In this document: positions 47,657 to 63,090 of the stretch, one piece after another
How the letters are laid out: each line of letters starts with the position of its first letter
Position numbering within the stretch: position 1 is the first letter of the stretch
DNA from: Botryllus schlosseri
Lineage: Eukaryota
Assembly: GCA_051294905.1 (NCBI GenBank)
Contig: CM119372.1
Location: 33,234,001-33,298,000 of the forward strand
Length of the DNA: 64,000 nt
Direction: 5' to 3'
Position numbers and translations under genes: made by a program
The notes under the pieces: model-generated
The model's database searches: none
Seen by the model: the letters and a program-made list of their open reading frames with translations, nothing else
What the model was told of the DNA's origin: nothing

Positions 47657-47983
<327 letters not shown>

Positions 47984-50900
47984 ACTTTCCATAGAAAATT
48001 AATTTCGGTACTATACGCGATACTCGAACGAGCCGGATTAGGTAACGGCAAGCGCAAGACTTATATGTTTATGCTTGTCAGCTTTCTGCGCATCACGCAA
48101 CAACCACGCGATATTCTACTTTATTTTACTACACGAAAAATGAGCAGGGGGGAAGATCCTGAAAAACATTTAGACATGAAAACTACTAATTCGCTCTTCT
48201 TCGCTGCTCACCGTTTGACTACAAGTCAGATACCAGAAGTGACCAGATTTATATTTCTAAATTTAAATCCCGTTATTAATTTTAGATATAAATTCTAGCT
48301 CCAATCAAAATCCGGAATTCATTTCGTAGCTCGTGCACGCAGCAATGAGTAATATTTTCCAACAGCCACAATAAAATTTGAAAATTCCAAATCCAGGCTC
48401 ATCGCTGTCTCAATTGATCGGATTGAATATTGTGTATGGAATCCCAAATTCAATCGCGTCGTAAATAAAGTCTTCTGCGGGTGTCCTTTTGCCCATACTC
48501 TTGTATTTAGCCATTGAATGCAATTTCTTGCAGTAATCACTGAGAATTACCGCGTTATTTACCGGACTGACGATGCTTCTTAGCCGGATCAAGGGAATAG
48601 CGAATGGGATATGAGATAGATGATAATGTCGACAGTAAGCCCACGCGTCCGCAATTGAACCTGTGCCTGCACTATATGATCGATCGGGAGCATCAAACTA
48701 CGGAGCGGTGTTCATAATCTGAGAAGGGGGCAATTATATGTGTCTACAACATCATTGATCGGATTGCACTCTCGAAGTTCATCCAATGATCGTAAAGTGG
48801 GAGCTAATTAAAGAGTCTGGCTTTGGTGTATCGATCAGCAAAATTACGTTGTTTGGGGCGAATATCTCTCGACCTTTTCGTAAGGCCGGGTACAAATATT
48901 GCATGCGCATGACATTGCTATTGTGCGAATGGAGATTAGGCGCAAGGTTAGCATTGGAAAGCGAGCAAATAGCGAGTAGAGTTTTGCGGAAGACATGGAG
49001 GTAGATGACAATTCGCATGCAATCACTGCAAATTCTCAATTAAAAAATATCGAAAACGTACTGCACTTTCAGAAGTGAATAATATTTTTTTTCGGTGGGT
49101 GGAAATCCTCAACAGAGCCCCGCCACATATCTATTGACATGTTGCGAACGGAAATAACGTCACAATGCCTAATACCCACAAATACCGAATCCGTAAATTG
49201 CTTCATAAGTAGTATTCATATTCAAGTAGTAAGCTTCGAGTCGAGCCAAGTATTCGATTACCACTTATTATTACGTCATATTACGTCATAACAGTAACAC
49301 AGCCATGAAGTGTTCAAATATGTACATTTTACGCGGCCACAAAGTATATATTGCCAGTTGAACTTATTCGAACATTATTTTCAATTTGTTGACACTAATA
49401 TGTCATCGCAACTAGCGACATGAAACAATAGTGCTGGTTGATCACTGCTATACCGGAATATTATTTCTATGAACATGAGGAACCTTGCTCTAAATTTTGA
49501 GAATGATATATGCTACCTCGAATTAAGGTTTCAAGGCTCGGTCAAACTCAGCTTGCGTCGCGGCCGGATTCAAACCTTCGGATCGCTCGCGGGCCGCACA
49601 AGTTGAATGATTCCGCAATATTACCCCAAAAACCATGCCCTTGTTTTTCATTTGAATACTTTAGTATCAAGCCTATATACGCAATAGTATATTACATTAT
49701 ATATAGCATAGGGGTTATATTCTAGCTACACCGTTATTCGTTAACAGTGGAATTGACAATAATTCGCATTGAATACAGTTATAAACGGCTAAAACAGTGG
49801 CTCTGACGAATATAAAAGTTGTCATATTTTCGGCTCCTTTTGTTTTAGTCGTATACTGACGTCAGCCCTGCGTGTGCGTTGTGAGGAATACAAGAGCTGA
49901 CCCATATATTTCAGTGTAACTATCATTTCCTCCGTGTAACCTGCATATTATGGTTTCGCATTGGTGTTTTCGCTTCTATATATAACTAGTTTTGGGTCCC
50001 TTCTTCCATAAAACTCTGAACTCTGTATGCACTTCTTTGACTTCTCGGAATTGGGTCTCAACGAGAGTGACTTGTTCCTGATGGTGACTATGGGGTTATC
50101 ATATGTTGAGATGCGAAAAAGAGGTCACTTTTAAAAACTTTGAGAGCTGTAATACTGGAAAAGAAAATGAATAATTTGAAAAGTTTTCGACCAATAGTAC
50201 CTGTGTTGACAAAAAGGTTCATTGAATTGACTTAAGTCCCGAATTGCCTTCATTTTTACGATACGTACGTGGTGTTGACGAAAAAGGTCATCGATTTGAC
50301 TTGATTCCCGGATCACTAGTAACCCCGTTACAAAGCAACATTTGAGGCTGATTTTGGTGGTTCCAGGAGCACGAGCTGAATAGAATTTATATTTTCGCAA
50401 TTGATACCGCGGTAGCTTTCAATTGATACCAATTTAATAAAATTTAACGCTTGGCAAGCCGGCCAAAATTTACCGTCAAATTGCCTTAAGCAAAATCGAA
50501 TGTGTGACGCAGACCAATCGCAGTGAGCCGTGAGATTTGCTGGTGTCCACAACAATGTCGGACACTATGATGCCACCATCACCCATCAATGCAAATGAGA
50601 TCAATATGCTTGACTGCACTCATTTTCAGAATAAAGTGATTTCATGGACACGTGCTATAGTTACACGGACAGTCCAAAATATTGTGACATACTAACGTAC
50701 AAATAATATGAATATAAAATATGAATAAAATAGGCTTCACTGTTCAGTGACCAGTTCAAGGTTTTGTAGTGTCGCTTACAGTACTGCCGATATCGTATTT
50801 GGTTAACGTATATAATCTATATTGTCCTCCCAATTGCCCATCTATTGTATGGTGTGCTATTAGCCCAGATTGCTTAGATACAGCATGTTTAAAATATCAC

Positions 50901-53197
50901 ATTATACCAAGGTATGAACTATTACTGATGTATAGTCAAGTAGCTACGCTTTGAGAATTCAGCATCGGCACACAGTTTCTGTAACCATCATAGTGAGAAG
51001 TCAGCTTGTATATACACGATAGCAATAGTCAATATTTTTGACAATACTCACGATATAAAGCGCTTCAATCAATCAATGAATCAATCAGTTTTATTAATAT
51101 TTTCATCGTTTCAAAACACCACAAAACTGCGATACAATGAAAAGATCGAACAAATTACAATTCCGCGAAAAGCGAATAATCGCTGTCCGCAATCGCAGTT
51201 CCTGAGTGATCTATCGCCACTTTCCATCAAAATTATATTTTCCAAGGACTCTTTCATTATTCATCAATAACCCTCACGACCGTATCATTTCGCAGCATTA
51301 CTGCTCGCCGAGCTCGTCTCTGACACGGAACGAACGCCCTATCGGGTAATATCCATCTTGAGAACGCGGCTAGTCATATTTTTAGATGAAGTTATCAGAT
51401 GATTTAGTGTAGTGTGCTTTGTAATCTAATCCGATACGTTTCGACCTTTGGACTGCGCCGCCGGAAATTATGGATCATTTTTGGGTGAGTCAGCGTTATG
51501 TTACGTTATGTTGGATTGTGCAGGTTGGAATTTTATTTCGACTGCGTTACCCGGAATGAAACCGTCATTGAAACATCCATTACCAGATCGCAGGGCTTTG
51601 TAATATCGACCGGTCGATGCTAAGTGAATTTCGCAGATACAAGCTCACAGACTCTACGATTATACAGCGATTCACGCACACGCATTCGCTATTAGTTACA
51701 GGATGATGCGGTCGAATGCTCACAGAGTCAAGAAGAAAACAAGTGTCAGATTCAGATAGGAAGTGAATTGTACAAGAGCATAGGCAAAGAATGCAAACGA
51801 AATAGGTGCAGTTCCTAAATTTTCACAATGGTTATGATGGACGCTAAATCAGGCCTTCGTGCTGTTATTACCAGTCGGTGTAAATGAGACAGGGACAGAG
51901 GTGATCAAAGTTGTCACCATTGCTACGCAATTACAAGAGGAAATAATATTTTTGAGCCGTGTCAAAACAGCTTCAAGTAGAAGTACAAAATGAAAGTTCT
52001 GAAAGTACTCAGGGAAGTAGTTTTAAAACGTAGATCTGGAGCGGGCTAGCATACTTTTGGCAGATTATCGGTGGTGGCTACTTCCGAAATTACACGACGC
52101 CTCTTCGAGACAAATGCAAAATGAGTAATGACGCTACAAAAAGGTGCAATTTTCGAAAACTATATTTAAAAGCTACTGCGAAGGCTATTTCCCGCGGTGC
52201 TTATGACGATTTCACTCCTAAAAGTGACGTAATTGGGTAATTTTGACTGGAGGGCAGTTCAGGTATAAGTAGACGTCGTCGTCTGAAACACAACCATGAT
52301 AAGGAAGACTAAATAGGCAAAATCTACTTGAGTATACTTCGAACAAGAAGTATTACTGCGTTACTGACAACGTCTGGACAGGACATCCGTACTTTAGACA
52401 TACGATGCTATGTTACGCCTAGGGTTAGGGGCGTGATACACCAGCAGAACCACTATGTACCTTCATGTGATGCATTTATACTCCGATGAGCATGGAGGGG
52501 GATGAGGAATATGTAACTCGACAGACCCTGGTGTGTACAATGTCTACCTTTTACCGGATCTTAATGCGAGCTATACCTTGTATTAGTTAACCGCAATTGC
52601 GACCAGAGATTGCCACTGCCCGGTTGAAGAGCCGGAACAGTATTTCATCGAGTGTTATCGTAGCCAGTCTGGATCCAGATTTTTAATTTGTTATGACAGT
52701 AAGGATTTTCGCATGATTTCCCCACTGACACATGCAAAATTAGCGTGGGTTTGGCAGGATCTTTTCGGACTCTCAATTGGGAATTCATCAGCCAGATTTT
52801 TTAAGAATCTGAATTTCAAATTGCTAGTCGGAGCCGGATGGTTTCTGATTCCGAAATTTGGGAATCCGATCATTTCTGAATGTGACACGGCGCTTTGTAG
52901 CAATGCTGCGGGTCAATCAATGTGTCGGCAAATTGTCGTTTTCATGTAAATACGCATATAGGCTTGCGCAACATGTTCGGATGCTGTGATACAACTTATT
53001 AACTTGTCAAGTCCCCGAAGGGACAAAAATATTGGATCGGTAATTCTCGTTCATCAAAAATTGTCGCTGCCGAAAGACAATCTCACTACCAAAAAACGCC
53101 CCATACGTCCTGAATCGAATAATACAATCAATACCCGATTCTGTTTCGATCGCGTGAATCGTTTTGTCGGTCCCTCTTGATTCATAATACTCCTGAC

Positions 53198-53762
53198 TAG
53201 AGGTCGACCGATATTGATTTTTACAGGCCGATACCGATACTGATATATCGGCCCCCTACAAGGCCGATAACCGATATCATAGGCCGATATTAATATGGAA
53301 GGAGCAGAGAACAATTTCACCAAAAATATTATATATTAGGCAAGATGGCACTTATTCATGCCACAGAAAGCTGAACAACAAACGAGAAAACTGAAATCGA
53401 AAAGAATTGTTGCTTATTTGTGCACATTCGTTAAAAATTGGGATAACCCAAAAAGCAAAACATGATACAGAATTGCAGATCGGTTCAGAAAAGGTAGATT
53501 GTAATGCAGGAAGCATAGTTTCTCCGCATGCTCACCCAGTTAAACTCGTCCTGCAAGGGTAAATCTGTCATATATCACCTTTTGCGTCGTCGATTTCTTG
53601 AGATTGAGAACACGGAGCATTGAATTTCCAATATTTTTGAATTTTTTTTAAATATAAAATATCGGCCACAAAATCGGCCTTAATAGGCCGATGTCGATAA
53701 TCGGGAAAAGCTCTAAATATCGGCCTCGATTTTCGGCCATTTCGATTATCGGTCGACCTCTA
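53198..53762. mobile_element. hAT-type MITE (CCGATA subterminal family)
   Basis: TIR TAGAGGTCGACCGATA; perfect TSD CTCCTGAC (53190-53197, 53763-53770). Confidence 0.92.
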
Positions 53763-53884
53763 CTCCTGACGAAGTAGTTTCAACTGCGCATTTCTTTTCG
53801 CAGCCCTGTGATGTTAAAAAAAGTGGAGTGGATATTGGGTTGGTTGTAGGCTATATACAATTACGATGTTTACAGCGTGTACAG

Positions 53885-54707
53885 CTGGGATGTCAAACTC
53901 AAATTGCATCGCTGAGCGGATTCAAGCCTTAAAATCGATCGCGGGCCGGACCGCAGTCAACTGATTCCAAAATGTTACCTCGTGCTCTTGCTTTTCACTT
54001 TAATGCTTTATTGTCAAGCATATATATACTCTATAGCAAGTCGTAAAACCTTTATTCGCGAGCAATAGAACTGGAAAAAATACGATGATTGTCCGGTTGA
54101 ATGCAATTAGGAACCGATAGAACAGTAGCTCTAACGACGATAGAAGTTGGCGTCTTTATATGCTCCCTTTGCCTTAGTCGTAATCTGGCGGTAGCATTGC
54201 GTATGCATTGTGATGAATACAATATATTTAACTGTAAACGCGGACGTTGGAGTAAGGTTTATTATTATAAAATCGCGATCCGGGGACACAGCAGTGCGAC
54301 CATAGATATTTGAAGTACATATTTGTTTGAATTGCATGTAAAGGTTCCAATTAGCGTTTTCGCTTCTGTGAATAGCTATACTTTTAGGCCCAATTTCCCA
54401 TAAACCTCTGAACTCAGTGTGCACTTTTTGCCTTCTCCAAATTGGGTGTTAATTTCACCTGCTTGTACCTGGTGTGGTAACTAGAGTGGAACTGCAACGC
54501 AGTAGTCGGGTGGTTATAATGTGACCTCTATGAACGATGAACATGCCCGACATTTGCTGTCTTGAAGGAATATTTAATGGAAGTATTTTATGCAAAAAAT
54601 CTTATTATTTATTACAAATGCGCTGGATAATATAAGAGTTTTTCAACCTACTCACAATTGCTTCGCGGTCTGGATGCGGCTCGCGGGCCGTATGTGTGGC
54701 ATCCCTG
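53885..54707 (+). mobile_element. hAT-type MITE (GCGGGCCG family); partial paralogs at about 34683-35300 and 49533-50060
   Basis: Perfect TSD GTGTACAG (53877-53884, 54708-54715); C(T/A)GGGATG termini. Confidence 0.85.
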
Positions 54708-56650
54708 GTGTACAGTATAAATCAGGTCATCGGTAATTTATGGCACAAAAGTTTGCTTTTACGCCCATTCCTATCCTTATGGACATATATCCCAACATGG
54801 ATCTGTCTCCGTGTACCCCATTTTACGTGTTCTTGGAGTGGTAGGCCTACATGAAAACTGAGCCCAATCCATCCCTGGGAGTTGCTGTATATGTTACCTA
54901 CTATAATGAGTTTGAAAGCAGATTTCTGTACGATAAAGGTACCTGATGTACACCGTTTTATTATGTGCCATTTGCCGCAAAGGTATTCCCCTCGGCATCC
55001 CATAAACCCGTCGACATGCGTAAGCTGTTGCAGAAGGGCATGTAACATTGAATGAGACAATACAGAAATAGCCGCTTGAAGTAGTTGAACAGCCACTGAT
55101 TGAATAAAAAAGACATTCGTTATTGCACAGAACGGGTGAAATCGATACGTCAGATGCGGTAATGATAGCAAGCGATGACAGGTCAATTTTTACTACAGCC
55201 ACTGGTGGAGTTCCGTGTTGAATATAAACAAACGTCTATCTCGACAATTCCCTATCCCACAATTGGGTCCATGTCGACTTTTGTCTCCTTTGAGTATTTC
55301 GGCGATTCTCGCTTTTTTCATCATGTTTAAGGGACACTGATCCACCAGTGTTATACTTGTTGGTGATTACGAAGTTTAAGAGTACCGTTATTCATCCAGC
55401 CGGACGTTACGTAATAGGTAGGTTAGTAATAGGCGAGGGCAGGACTTCTCGACTGGGGAACCACTGTCCGAATGCGGATCATTTTATTGTTGAATGCAGG
55501 TTGTTTAAGTATCAGTATTTCTCTAACTTTTTTAACAAAACCAAATCCGTTATCGTTGATTTGCATACACAAAGTGCGATATTATATTATTTCTGTTCAG
55601 CTATTCTGTCAGCGTTTTGAAGCATAATGTAGAATTAGCATCTGCACGATCAGTGTTGGCTTCTGGTTAATGTATAAATCTCGTAATTTCCTTGATACAG
55701 TTATGCGACATCACACCGAATTTATGGCCGTTTTATCCTGCTGAGAGTCATCCGAAAAATATCAACCCGGATTAAATTTGGCAAAATGAAAATAGTTTTG
55801 TTGGAATAACCGGAGCAACTAAACCTATCCTTTCACCAACTTTGTCACTTTCTCAATATAGCTTTGTGGTCCATCTGCAAATGCTTTCGTGGCCCACTAG
55901 TGAGACAAGACCTTTCAGGCCGGAAACAACTGCTCTACGGTATATACAGCAATCGACTTTTCAAATTGCGTCAATCTTTTCACGATATCGTCTGCGATTG
56001 CCAATCAGCGTTATCATACACACATAAGACATGGAAACAGCTCTGGACTAAGTCGTTTATATTGTAAGCTATTCTAAGCGTAATCTCCAGGAGTAATCTT
56101 GGGCTTTCAAAGATTAAAATACAAGTATCCTTATCAGGAGTGAAGGCTTAATTGGTGTCTTCGCGTATACTCAGTCCGCCCAAGTATCGATTAAGTTTAC
56201 GCATTCGAAATTGGTGGCGAGTATAGAATGATGCGTAATGACGTGGATGATATGTTTAAGGTTTGAAATCAGCTGTCCTAGTCAGTTAAGTCACAGGGTC
56301 AGTTATGATGTAAATTCTATACACTTATACTTGTGAATGGAAGTCACAACGGACGGACATCACTATAATCGATTTATTTTTGTTTGAGGCGCTTGGGTCT
56401 TTACTATCAATTTCCATCACTTTTATGGTTGTATTTCCGTCTCTACCCATACATATACTTACACTATAAAAGGTATCTAGAAGGAACTGCATCACTTAAA
56501 GCATTGCATTCTGTCAGCTATTCTTATAGACGCCTTCGACAGACAATCCGACTCGTTGTGTCATGCTAGTCATTAGATAGCAGAACGAATTCAAAATATA
56601 TCACATGCCACAGGGAGATTTCATATGCCTGTTTTAGTACTGATAACCAA

Positions 56651-57619
56651 TAGGGATGGTGAGAACCTCTGAAAGGTTCAGGTTCGTGTGAACGCGAACC
56701 TTTTTGAAAGGTTCTGTGTGAACGCGAACGTGAACCTCATGACATCACGTGACGTCATATTGCTAATTTCAACCCTACATTTCAGTGCAGTGATATATAT
56801 TAATGTACACGATACCTAACGACGACTCGGGCCACACAATGTCACAATGCTGAAGTTTATACTGACTTTTTGAACGTCGCGTAATGTATCAACTGGAGCA
56901 ATCAAATAATATAATAATCCCATAAAATCAATATCTTTCGTCGTTTTGCCAACAATTTCGGCAAGGACTTGCAAGGGAGTATAAGCTTACGCTTTAACGG
57001 TCTAGGCCAGACCGGACAATGTATTCGGCGTCTGAGTGTTGCTACGTTGATATTGGACAGAGTGTAAAACGGGTTTACTATATGAACAAAGTAATACAGC
57101 AGTAACCAACACCCTAATCGATTTGGTTTTTATGACACAATAAACATATGGAATCGAGATGGACCAGGTACGCTTGATAGATTTTTTACATCAGACAACA
57201 TGATCAATTTCATTGATTGGTTGAATAAGCATCATTCGCTGACTCCCTCCGTGTAGCGTATTTTGCTCTTGATATTGTGTGATCGCGGGTCAAGTTCACA
57301 GCAGAGAGTCACTAAATATTCAGAAAGCTGGATATTTCGAGCAAATTTTTTTAACAAAGCAGGTAAAATTTTTGAGATTGACAAGGTGCATGGTCGCTTA
57401 GTGTTGATTTTTTATGCTGCCAGCGCTATGCATAGAGTGGCCCGCAGTTGAAATGCAATAAATTTCAATGAAATATGTTACAATTACGAAAAAATCGTAA
57501 TATATGAAACAGGTTCACAGTGCAGAACATACCAAGGTTCGTTTGTGAACGTGAACCTCTAGATTTTCGAGGTTCACACACAGAACGCGAACGTGAACCT
57601 CACGATCACACCAACCCTA
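56651..57619. mobile_element. hAT-type MITE (GAACGCGAACGTGAACC repeats)
   Basis: TIR TAGGG(A/T)TGGTG; TSD ATAACCAA, whose right copy is split by the 57625-58878 insertion. Confidence 0.82.
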
Positions 57620-57624
57620 ATAAC

Positions 57625-58878
57625 CAGAGGTGGTCAAAGTAGTCAAGAAAGCTATTCAAGTAGAAGTAGAAGTAGAGACGGAAAAATCTACTCAAGTACG
57701 AGTAGAAGTACTTCTTTCATAAGAAACCTAAAACTACTTGAAGTAGAAGTAGAATTGACTGCCTTTAAATCTACTTAAGTAAGTAGGTAGTTTTGAAATC
57801 AGTCTTAATTCGTTCGACTGGACTGTCAAAAGCTGCAAATTGAGATATGCGGAATGTGCAGAGAGCTTGATTCGCATTGATGCATCCCAGAAGGTATCAA
57901 TTTTCGACAGAATAAGCATTTTTTCGCATCATCGGATGCAAATTATGGCATTGATATGAAAATGCGATACTAACCCTTTGTTTACTGCAAGACCCCATAT
58001 TCGAGAATATCATGGCATGGCGCCCCACCCCATATTATAAGGCCCCAAGTTTAGGCGAAAAGCAATACGGAAAAGTTGCATCGGATATGGTTTCAACACT
58101 TTGCGCGATTGATATACGTTGATAACAAATATTGTGGATCGAAAAATTTGTATTTAGTGTAGCTTTATTTTCGGACAATAGAGGCATTACTACACTAGCT
58201 TTCATGACCAAAGAACTGAAAGTATTAAGAACTGAAAGTATGTTACTCAGAATTGAAAGTGAAAAACAAATACCACTTCTAAAAAGCGCAAAATTTATTT
58301 CATGTCTTTTGTCCATAACGCTTCAAAGGTGATCTGCTAAAACAGGTGTAATGTTAAAAAAGTCGGATTTTCCAGATTAGCAGGACACGTCATAGGCTGC
58401 TAGATTACGATATGATAGGCAATTGCTAGATGGCGAAACGGTACTTTCAAACGTTGGTGAGCCATATTTACTGTGATGAAATATTTGATATGGGCGCCAA
58501 TGCGGTGTGAGCGGAACCAAGCAATCCGGTACCTAAATTATATTCACTGATACTTCCGTGAAAACATAATTGTCACTCCAAGACTACTGAGCGCGAAGCG
58601 CAACAAAATTTCTGGGCTTTACTTGACTTTTATGTATAAATGAGTGTACTCCGTGAAAACAGCCCCGAAATTCCTCAGGATATCTTCCGTATTGGGGATT
58701 AAACTACTTCTACTTGACAAAGAGAAAATAGCGAAAAGTAAGTAAGTAGATCACAAAATATTGCGAAGTAGAAGTAGAAGTAGCGAAAATCAGATCTACT
58801 TGAGTAAGTAGCAGAAGTAGAGGTTAACTACTTGAGTACTTCAAAAAAGTAGAAGTACTTCATTACTGACCACCTCTG
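57625..58878 (+). mobile_element. Non-autonomous hAT element, AGTAGAAGT family
   Basis: TIR CAGAGGTGGTCA; perfect TSD CTAATAAC (57617-57624, 58879-58886). Confidence 0.92.
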
Positions 58879-59589
58879 CTAATAACCAATGCATTAGCCC
58901 AAGAATGACTGGTACCAAGCACAGAAGCTTATTAGCATTTCGCATACCGCCGATTTAAAAATAGAACCGTGAAACAAACAAATACACTGATTCAATATTA
59001 TCAAAATCCAATTCGTTGATTTCATGGTTTTTAAGTGACTTGATTGAATAGGATACTACGTCAATCGATCACTGCAAATGTATCTACACTATGCCGCCTT
59101 CTATAAATATGCAATCAATTTCTAAAAAAAACGTTCCATGCTGGACAAGATCACTCATGCTGTTGTACGCAAACGATTCATAAATGCTGCTGCAGTCATT
59201 TATGTCACATGTAGCCGACTCACCGAAGATAAAGTGCTAGGTTTGTCCACTAACATATATAGTGGTTGTCAGTAGCGAACTACTTCTACTTTTTCGGAGT
59301 GCTCAAGGAGACCTATAGCCTACTTGCAACATATGGGGCCTACTTGAGTCGATATTATTTTAGACTATCTCCCATTCTACTGAACAGATTTTCAAACAAA
59401 ACTATACTTACTTTACACTTTGAATTTCGCACAGTTGAAATAATTAATATGGTTTCAATTGCATCATTTATGCGAGTAAAATTGTCATACGTATTTGGCG
59501 AATAATCATTCGAAAATGTGCCAATTTTTAATTACTGGATTATTGTGGGTTGGTATCGAACATGCATCTTGCAATTGAAGTTACCACCT

Positions 59590-59950
59590 TCACTTCAGTT
59601 CATTTCAGTTCATTTCATTATTAAAATTCATCATTTCAAAAACACCATTAGACTGCAGTACATGACGTAGTCTCTGAGATCAGACTCTCAACTGGGCCTA
59701 AGCGACGTACAGAGGAGTCATGTAAACTGAATGAAAAGTACAAGAAGTTACTATAAAAGGAGAAGCGAAAAAATGAGGTGGTATGTGACGGTAGGCGAGA
59801 TCGATATGTCAGGTCTTGGTCCGGTTAAGTAGAAGGCTGACTAGTATTGATTCAGTAGAAATTGCTTGTATTTCGACTTGAATGTGGACAAGGACGTGCT
59901 CGACGACTGACGGATAGCCGTCGAGAAACTATTCCATAGATTAGGTCCGG
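59590..59950 (-). mobile_element. 3' end of CR1/L2-group LINE
   Basis: Minus strand FKSKYKQFLLNQY-stop, UTR homologous to 17960-18220, (TGAAC/TGAAA)n tail. Confidence 0.72.
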
Positions 59951-61984
59951 CACATTTTATAGAGCGATGATATACTGAAAGTTCCGACGAAATTTACGAA
60001 ATTACGTCTACTTGAGTAGCAAGGCTGTTCAATTCTAGCACATCTGCTCATGTCTCAGGAAAGTGTCCACATCTAGAGCACTATTCCGCTGAAGGTGTGG
60101 GCTAATTTAGCTGCTAGTCAAATCATGTGGCTTGCATAGAGAATGTAGAACAGCAAGAGTAAATTGAATGACGCAGGGTTTTTACAGGCATCGCTTTGTC
60201 TAAATGGTTCTAGCAATAACCAACGGCGCGTGACACGACTGAGTCATCGACGCAAGACAGCGGTAGAATCACCGCTTCTGAGTCGCGCCCGGAGAGTCAG
60301 CTCTACTGTCGCTGCAGCAGTCAAGCGATCATCATTTTCTGCTCCGGGAAACGTAAGCATTCGTTAATGTGATGTATGAGAACTTTTTGTTTAGACAAAG
60401 TAAAATATCCTTTGATAACATAATATCGTACCTAAAATACAACTATCTAGCTACCACGCGCTGCCTTGAGCAAAGATATACCATTGGTATCACTAGCTAC
60501 CTTGGATAAATTCATGTGTCAGCAGGCCTGGACATGACAGCATCCGCGCCCCACACTAATATCCACATGAGTAGGCCAATAGGCTTACCTTGAAAATCCG
60601 AGCTGAGTGACACTACCATAACCTCTGAACCATAACCGCGAAATGAAAGCAAAGCAATGGTCGCGATGACGCGTCCTTGAACAAATAGAATAGACCGAAT
60701 GAAGATTTGAGGTTCATCAATTCGAAGAATCAACAGCTTTCGGAGCTCGTTTGTCACGTGGGAGAGTTAGCATTCATATGCTATAATTGAAGGCATGGCT
60801 GGAATGAGGAGATAACGTGCCGCTACTTAAATGTATTACAAGACTTTTGAGGGAAATCGTATGCTTTAGCTTTACTTTCATTAACGTTCTATCTATCCCA
60901 GTATTACGCAGCTATGTGTACCGCTCCATGCAATAGTTCCTTGCGCGTAACAAAAGTTGCTATCATAGAGGAGCTGTGACACTACATCAGGAATATCGCA
61001 TTCTACATTCGTTATTTTTAATCTTGTATTTGATAACATTAAATGGAAATAGTTGGAACCTACATTACGAGACTATGTGAGACCTTGTGACACTGTATAA
61101 TATGCCGGAATGCAAGCGTGTTGACCGAATCATTGTGAATTGAAATCATGACGTCATGAAAATGTGTATTCGCGCATAGTTTAAAAGTTTCTCGGTACTG
61201 GTTATTCAGTATCCCTATTCGAGGTAACATATGCATTTCCTTACCAAATATCTGTCTATATTCTGATTTTAGGTACCACATACTCATTAACCACCGACCC
61301 CCTCAAATACAAAATCGATCCTTAACTCAAATTGGACATACAAAATTGTATATCCGCTTGGGACACCAAGTTAATCTGCGTGACCAATGCATTGTTTACA
61401 TCTCGCTTCACGGCGATATGGGACAGAGTCAGCCGTCACTCCAGCGCGTGTTTAATCAGCGTGTACTCAAAGGTGGTGTGGAAACTCGAAAAATCACGTG
61501 ACTGTCACGCCCAGATACCTTTGGTGACTTTGTTATTGTCGATCCGTCTGCAACAGTAATTGAAGGCAAAGTCGCTATTGCTCTTCGTTGATTTTAACTA
61601 TGTTCCATATGGAGTTGGGTGACAGAATTTCGTATGGTATATTTTGATGCTGTCATCTTGCTCTGTACCAAGTTTCAAGACTATGGCTTTATGACTAGCG
61701 TAGTAATTTTGGTGACGAAGTCGAGTATCTAGTAAATCAGCGCGTACCGACATTATTGTCGACTTTGATAACGGAATTAGTATGCTAATCATTGACCGAC
61801 GATACTGAAACTTACTGCGAAGCTGCAGAACACAACCAAGATATACCATGTCAAATTTCGGCATCCATCTCGGCATGGAACACTTTCAAAACTCACATAT
61901 ACCAATATCAAATTTTGCGAAAATTCCGTTAAGCGGTAGGCTCATTACGACATCAGCGCACGTGAGTAGTATAGTAGATCGCTC

Positions 61985-62300
61985 GTGACCTGCAATGGTG
62001 TCTTATGGGCCCGCTGGTGAGGTGCCGCGAAACTCGTGTTGGTGATGGCACCCTTTTGACCCCCCCTTCCGCTGGTGAGGTGCCATGTGTTCTTATGGGA
62101 TCTCTGATGATGGTACCCTTTCGGGTATAGGCTTCGTCGGTGATGTGCCGCGAAAACTCGTGTTGGTGATGGTACCCTTTCAGACCACCTATCGCTCATG
62201 ATGTGCCATAGTTTCTTACGGGATCTCTGGTGATGTGCTATTGGTTCTTATGGGATCTCTGGTGATGTGTCATTGTTTCTTATGGGATCTCTGGTGAAGT
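61985..62300. repeat. Degenerate minisatellite (~31-bp unit TGATGTGCCATNGTTTCTTATGGGATCTCTGG)
   Basis: Several imperfect units plus an alternating GCCGCGAAACTCGTGTTGGTGATGG variant. Confidence 0.7.
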
Positions 62301-62614
62301 GGTGTTGAATATCAAGTATAGTAAACAGTGACGCCATTACCTAACGTGTATATTCAAAATTATTAAATATGACCGATTCGAGTTAATCCCAACGTTTACG
62401 GTGAGTGCGACTTCAATATATCGTTATTCTTATGGGTGCGGCGGTGATTCGCCTGTCGTGCATATAGGATCTCTGATGACGCCACCCTTTCAGGTATACG
62501 TTGTGTTGACATGTCGTACTTTCAACAAAAAAGACGTGAAAATAGTTTGCTAAATCTAGGAATTACTCACATGGTAATGTTTGAGTAATTAGATTACCCC
62601 AGAGCCGGCGTAGA

Positions 62615-63090
62615 CGGTGATTCGAATACCAACAATAGCCGCGTTCACATATTAACACTCCAAATAGGTGTGAAATAGTTTGCAAACCCTGCGATCGCTG
62701 ACAAGATAATGTCTCGGACATAGCCATCTTTCGCGGCTTTGTGTTACAGGCATACCGATCGCTCACGTGGTGAAAATTTAGTAAGCAGTTTGTCACAGAA
62801 CTCGATTTCACTCGTAAGATTTAATAAGTAACGAATGACAGAACCACCAGTGTCGGTAACTTGAATTGCGACAAATTGTCATTTATTTCTACTCTAACCC
62901 TAATCCTTTGTGAAGTGTACGCTTATTCAAAAAGGTGTGAAATAATTTTAAAATCCTAGGACCGCTCACAGGGTAATGCTTCAGACATAGCGATCGCTCA
63001 TGATTTGGTGTTACAGACATACCGATCGCTCACAAGGTAATATTTCCGCAATAAGTTTGTCACAGAGACGGTGATTCGTAAACCAACAAT
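62615..63090. repeat. Diverged ~270-bp tandem duplication
   Basis: GGTGTGAAATA...GTGTTACAG(G/A)CATACCGATCGCTCAC...GTTTGTCACAGA present at about 62665-62800 and 62933-63067. Confidence 0.65.

Noticed and set aside
60584..60757. Minus-strand exon ending at strong donor CAAG/GTAAGC (60589)
   Set aside because: Isolated signal with no recognisable protein and no partner exon I can link to it.
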